Shown piece after piece: positions 59,925 to 64,000 of a stretch of 64,000 nucleotides of DNA. This DNA is from Candidatus Limnocylindrales bacterium (GTDB taxonomy: Bacteria > Moduliflexota > Moduliflexia > Moduliflexales > JAUQPW01): positions 1-64,000 of the forward strand of contig DATMBG010000042.1 in the NCBI GenBank assembly GCA_035559535.1. Direction: 5' to 3'. Both the position numbers and the translations under genes were made by a program. Positions within the stretch are counted from its first letter, which is position 1. Each line of letters begins with the position of its first letter. Under the pieces are notes generated by a model. It searched no databases, was not told the origin of the DNA, and saw only the letters and a program-made list of their open reading frames with translations.

Positions 59925-60614
59925 ATGCACGGAACTCTCATGGAAATCTGGAGCGGAACGTCCGCTGCGGGTAGTATCATACTGCCTTTCTTGCTAGGCC
60001 TTTTGGGTTTTATCGAGCCCTGCTCGCTAGGGGCCAATCTCATCTTCCTTCAATACCTGTTACCCTTTACCCAGCGTGCCCGGATCCTTCAAAGCTTGCT
60101 TTTTACACTGACCCGAGCACTTTTTTTAAGCCTTATCGGACTGCTTGCGGCTCTCCTAGGCCAACAGTTCATTGGGATTCAAAGCCATTACATCCTCTTT
60201 TTGGGCACGTTGTATATGGTTTTCGGTTTGATCATTTTAATGAAAGGCCCTGTATGGAGCTTCACATTACCTTTTCCACGTCTCTCTGAGAGTTCCATGA
60301 CAACTCTGCTGGGAGGAGCCTTCGGTCTGGCGGTCCCGGCTTGTGCCAGTCCCCTGATCTTGGCCCTGCTTGGGAGGGCAGCTCTCTCGGGCCAGCTCTT
60401 GTTTGGGTTTTCAAGCCTCTTTGTCTTTGGTCTGGGACTGTCTCTTCCACTGGTGATAGCCGTCTACTCGGAAAAGGCCTGGGAAACAATGATACGTGTT
60501 GCCCGTCGTTATTCCTACAGCACGCAATATCTCATCGGAGGCATATTGGTTTTTGCTGGCTTCTACACCCTCTTCACCCGGAGTGGAAGCCTGCAAGCGA
60601 TTCTACAAAAATAG
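59925..60614 (+). CDS. CcdA-like cytochrome c biogenesis/DsbD-TM protein
   Basis: GLLGFIEPCSLG and VPACASP. Confidence 0.82.
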   Translation: MHGTLMEIWSGTSAAGSIILPFLLGLLGFIEPCSLGANLIFLQYLLPFTQRARILQSLLFTLTRALFLSLIGLLAALLGQQFIGIQSHYILFLGTLYMVFGLIILMKGPVWSFTLPFPRLSESSMTTLLGGAFGLAVPACASPLILALLGRAALSGQLLFGFSSLFVFGLGLSLPLVIAVYSEKAWETMIRVARRYSYSTQYLIGGILVFAGFYTLFTRSGSLQAILQK

Positions 60615-61088
60615 GCTTCGTTCACGCGTTCTCAAAATTAGACATGATAAAGACAATAACTACTACCCTGTTACCTTAATTTTAACCTCATAGGGCTGCT
60701 TTCACTCCCCAGCTCCCCTCTCCGCCCCCACCCCTTCCCTCCCCGTGGTCGGGGAGGGAGAAGAGGGAGAGGGGCCGGGGGTGAGGACCACTTAAACGTT
60801 AAACAAAACTAAGTAAACAGTGTACTACTCACCCAACTGTTTAATTTGGGTTTAATACCAAATCTACTTGAATATTGTGCATTGTCACCCTGAGCGAAAT
60901 GAAGGGTCTTGCCTCAGCCACGACAAGATTCTTCGCTATCGCTCAGAATGACACATGCAAGGTAATCATCTGAATTTGGTATAACAGACCGCTCCGACTG
61001 AACTTGCTACCATCAAGATTTCGGCGTAACGATCTCACAGTTTAAATGACAAATTTAATAAAGAGGAAACAAGTAGGAGGAATTTATT

Positions 61089-62192
61089 ATGGAGATAACT
61101 CAAAAAGAAAATCGCGCTCCAAAAAACGAAACAATTGCCTGTGAAATCAAACTCCAGACCCTCTTTGAAGGAATCACGGACGGGCTTTTAATGGTGGGCC
61201 AAGATCATACCATTGAAGCGGTTAACCAGGGGTTTCTATCTCTGATGGGCAAGTCTGCCAATGATTTTATCCACCAGGATTGCCACCAACCCTTTCAAGG
61301 GGCTGAACCTTCTCAGGAACCATGCCCCGTATGTATAACCTTTGAGTCCGGGAAACCTGTCCACCTGGAACGGGTCGGAATCGCTGAAAAGGGACGGCGA
61401 ATAGAGATGGAGATTTCCACGTTTCCTTTGAAAAATCCAGATGGAAAGGTCGTTCAAGCTATTGTCTATGTTAAAGATATCACCGAAAAGCGAACCCTTT
61501 ACCGGCAGGTAGCTGAGGCAGAGCGGTTAACAGCCGTGGAGCAGATCTGTGCTACGGTAGCCCATGAATTGATGAATCCCCTGACTTCTGTCCTGCTCAA
61601 TATAGAACTGCTGGAAGAGACCTTAACTGCTCCAGAGGTTCAGACCCAAGAGGCGAGGAAGAGTTTAGAAGTTATCAGATCTGAACTGGAACGTTTAGCC
61701 AGTATTGTAACCGAGTACCATGAGTTTACCCGGCTGCCGAAAACCAAACTGAAGCGTGGGAATATCAACACAATTTTAATGAAGCTTCTGGAGTTTTTAG
61801 CGTTAGAGCTCTATGAGAAAAGGATTTCAGTTCGGAAGGTCTTTGAGGCGGATTTACCAGAAGTACTCATAGATGTCAATCAGCTTCGGCAAGTTTTTCT
61901 TAATCTATTTCGAAATGCTATGGAAGCCATGCCCCAGGGAGGGCGGTTAGTTGTGACGACTCGAACGAGAGACGGAAAAGTTGAAATTGAGATAGTCGAT
62001 ACCGGGGTTGGCATTGACAAAGCAAATCTCGAGAGAATCTTTGAGCCCTTTTTTACCACCAAAGCCAAGGGGAGTGGGCTAGGGTTACCCTTGGTTCGGC
62101 AGATTCTTAAAGAGCATCGGGGAGAGATTGAGTGTATCAGTGAAAAGGGAGCCGGTACGACCTTTATCGTCTGGCTCCCTATAGCAAGATGA
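61089..62192 (+). CDS. PAS-domain sensor histidine kinase (NtrB-like)
   Basis: PAS with CH...CPVC, VAHELMNPL, NLFRNA, DTGVG, FEPFFTTK, GSGLGL. Confidence 0.92.
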   Translation: MEITQKENRAPKNETIACEIKLQTLFEGITDGLLMVGQDHTIEAVNQGFLSLMGKSANDFIHQDCHQPFQGAEPSQEPCPVCITFESGKPVHLERVGIAEKGRRIEMEISTFPLKNPDGKVVQAIVYVKDITEKRTLYRQVAEAERLTAVEQICATVAHELMNPLTSVLLNIELLEETLTAPEVQTQEARKSLEVIRSELERLASIVTEYHEFTRLPKTKLKRGNINTILMKLLEFLALELYEKRISVRKVFEADLPEVLIDVNQLRQVFLNLFRNAMEAMPQGGRLVVTTRTRDGKVEIEIVDTGVGIDKANLERIFEPFFTTKAKGSGLGLPLVRQILKEHRGEIECISEKGAGTTFIVWLPIAR

Positions 62193-62937
62193 GTATTTTA
62201 TCCGATAAAGATGGAAGCTATCTTCAGAGCGTTAAGGGGCGACAATGGGTGGTATTTTTCATCTACTCAGGTCAGTTTCATATACAGGGTCCAACCATCA
62301 TTTAGATCGACTCGAACTACGCCATAATCTCCACAGTCTTTCCCCATTTGCCCTAAACCCCTGGATAAACTCAAGACAGGCTTGTCCACGTGTTTCTTTT
62401 CTTCTATAATCCCCTTTAGAATTCCTACCTAAACCCCTGGATAAACTCAAGACAGGCTTGTCCAAGGGTGAACATCGCACCAACCACAGCGTCCGACCAA
62501 TAACCCATCTCAGTCGGAAATTGGCATCACCTCTTATACCAAATCAGTATTGAAATGGGGTATAAAGTAAGGACCGCCCCTCCCCAGGAGGCAACTTATT
62601 CAATCCGAGCTGTTTCAAATCATGGACTCCTTGAGAATTTAAGGTTAGAAAACCCTCTAAAGAGAATGAATCCCCTGGTTTTAGATTAGACAAACATAAA
62701 TCAAAAAAGTTGAAAATCAATAAAAATTTTCAGGTGATTTTTTGATTGCATCTCTAAGGAATTTAAGATATACAGGTAGAGTTTGAAAGTTAATGAATGT
62801 TTTCCAAATTTGTTTGGAAAGGATATAAACCCAGCAATAGGGGAGAGAGTGATTAACCCATCTCAGAGAACAAAAGCTTAAAGGATCCGGGCGCTACCTG
62901 GAGAGAAGGATTTAATTCCCAAAATAAAAAAGATTCT

Positions 62938-64000
62938 ATGTTAGAATTTTTGAAAAAGCTCCTGGCATTACCCCTAACCTCGATGGTGAGAACACTTGTT
63001 GTTTGGGGTTTTATTGATCTTTCGAAATTAGAAAAAGAGCTGAAAAGTGAACTCATCAAAGGATTGACCCTGATGACCCCGGATAATGCCCAATTGTACC
63101 ATTCAATCCAGCAAGAGTTGGCCGAGCATAAGCGGACGGAAGAACAGTTACAACAACGCATTGAGCAACTTCAGAGTATTTACCATCTCAACAGTGCCAC
63201 CAGCCGTGCAGAAGTTCTCGAAGAGATCTACACCGAAGCTCTGAACGCTTTGCAACGTACGTTGAAGGCGGATCGGGCTTCGGTGTTACTATTTGATCCG
63301 GATGGCATCATCCGCTTTAAAGCCTGGAGAGGACTTTCCGATAACTACCGAAAAGCTGGAGAAGGTCATTGTCCGTGGTCACGCCACGAAAAGAACCCAC
63401 AGCCGATCCTGGTTCCTGATGTGGAAAAGGAGCCGAGTTTGCAGTCTCTCCGACCCGCCATTTTAAAGGAGGGCATCCGGGCTCTCGGTTTCATTCCCCT
63501 GGTGTATCAAGGTCAGTTGTTAGGGAAATTTATGATTTATTATAACACCCTGCATGAGTTCACCGATGAGGAAGTTCAGTTGGCGCAAACCATCGCCAGT
63601 CATATTGCCTTTGCCATAGAGCGCAAGCGGGCGGAGGATGCGTTGCGAGAGAGTGAAGAACGATATGCCCTTGCTGCCCGTGGGGCTAACGATGGACTGT
63701 GGGATTGGAATTTGAAAACTGGTGAGATCTATTACTCTCCCCGTTGGAAGTCGATGCTCGGTTATGAGGAAAACGAGATCAAAAATAGCCTCGAGGAGTG
63801 GTTTAGCCGGGTGCATCCTGAGGACATTGAAAATTTAAAGGCACGAATCGATTTACATCTGGAAGGCCTCACTCCCTTTGAAAACGAACATCGGATGAAA
63901 CATAAGGACGGAACTTACCGCTGGATGCTAAGTCGAGGACTTGCAGTTCGAGATGCAGAAGGGAAGGCTTATCGCATGGCCGGTTCTCAGACCGATATTA
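62938..64000 (+). CDS. GAF-PAS signalling protein, 3'-truncated by the window edge
   Basis: Open frame from ATG 62938 to the end: GAF (ADRASVLLFD..GIRALGFIPL), SEERYALAARGANDGLWDW, PAS/PAC (RVHPED, DGTYRW, GSQTDI). Confidence 0.85.
   Translation, partial: MLEFLKKLLALPLTSMVRTLVVWGFIDLSKLEKELKSELIKGLTLMTPDNAQLYHSIQQELAEHKRTEEQLQQRIEQLQSIYHLNSATSRAEVLEEIYTEALNALQRTLKADRASVLLFDPDGIIRFKAWRGLSDNYRKAGEGHCPWSRHEKNPQPILVPDVEKEPSLQSLRPAILKEGIRALGFIPLVYQGQLLGKFMIYYNTLHEFTDEEVQLAQTIASHIAFAIERKRAEDALRESEERYALAARGANDGLWDWNLKTGEIYYSPRWKSMLGYEENEIKNSLEEWFSRVHPEDIENLKARIDLHLEGLTPFENEHRMKHKDGTYRWMLSRGLAVRDAEGKAYRMAGSQTDI

Noticed and set aside
41340-61088. Island as a transposon or integrative element
   Set aside because: No transposase, integrase, tRNA attachment site or terminal repeats found; host-type repeats occur inside it
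62352-62464. Two identical 37-bp direct repeats separated by 39 bp, CRISPR-like spacing
   Set aside because: Only two units, no cas genes, and the unit resembles the dispersed CCCTTCGA..CTCAGGAC repeat family seen at 47853
1-64000. Alternative genetic code (UGA = Trp or Gly)
   Set aside because: TGA terminates many full-length genes and the in-frame TGAs occur only at Cys columns

Overview
Bacterial chromosomal window, standard genetic code: TGA ends many ordinary genes and TGG encodes Trp. Bases 1-41.4 kb are mostly housekeeping: a GH99-like lipoprotein, glucose-1-phosphate thymidylyltransferase, lptD, a SPOR protein, HU/IHF, a cysM-mec-moeZ-cysO sulfur-carrier cysteine pathway, rnhA, yitT, hsp20, a Vgb-like lyase, a hybrid kinase, mgtE, a partial nuo operon (B-I) with a membrane Fe-S oxidoreductase, a peroxiredoxin, clpC, trxB, iscA/erpA, an HPS-family enzyme, a VWA-TPR protein, dnaK and nfo. 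Bases 41.6-60.6 kb form a co-oriented heavy-metal/redox island. It carries MerC-, MerF-, MerE- and MerT-like transporters, MerA, MerB, several exported HMA proteins, thioredoxin/TlpA/CcdA proteins and an ECF sigma/anti-sigma pair, but no merR. The main hidden signal is five genes that the ORF track splits or misses because an in-frame TGA sits exactly at a conserved catalytic or metal-binding Cys: MoeZ, the peroxiredoxin, two exported MerP-like HMA proteins (CxxU) and a glutaredoxin (UxxC). Each TGA is followed by a stem-loop, so these are candidate selenoproteins, and three lie inside the mer island. The island also has a duplicated ECF-type promoter motif, a structured leader with an 18-aa CxxxC uORF, an internal MerR-type promoter and an unannotated desulforedoxin-like gene. 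Several REP/MITE-like repeat families are scattered through the window, four of them inside reading frames. I recognised no tRNA, rRNA, CRISPR array or sel machinery gene. All family calls come from motif recognition by eye, with no database searches.
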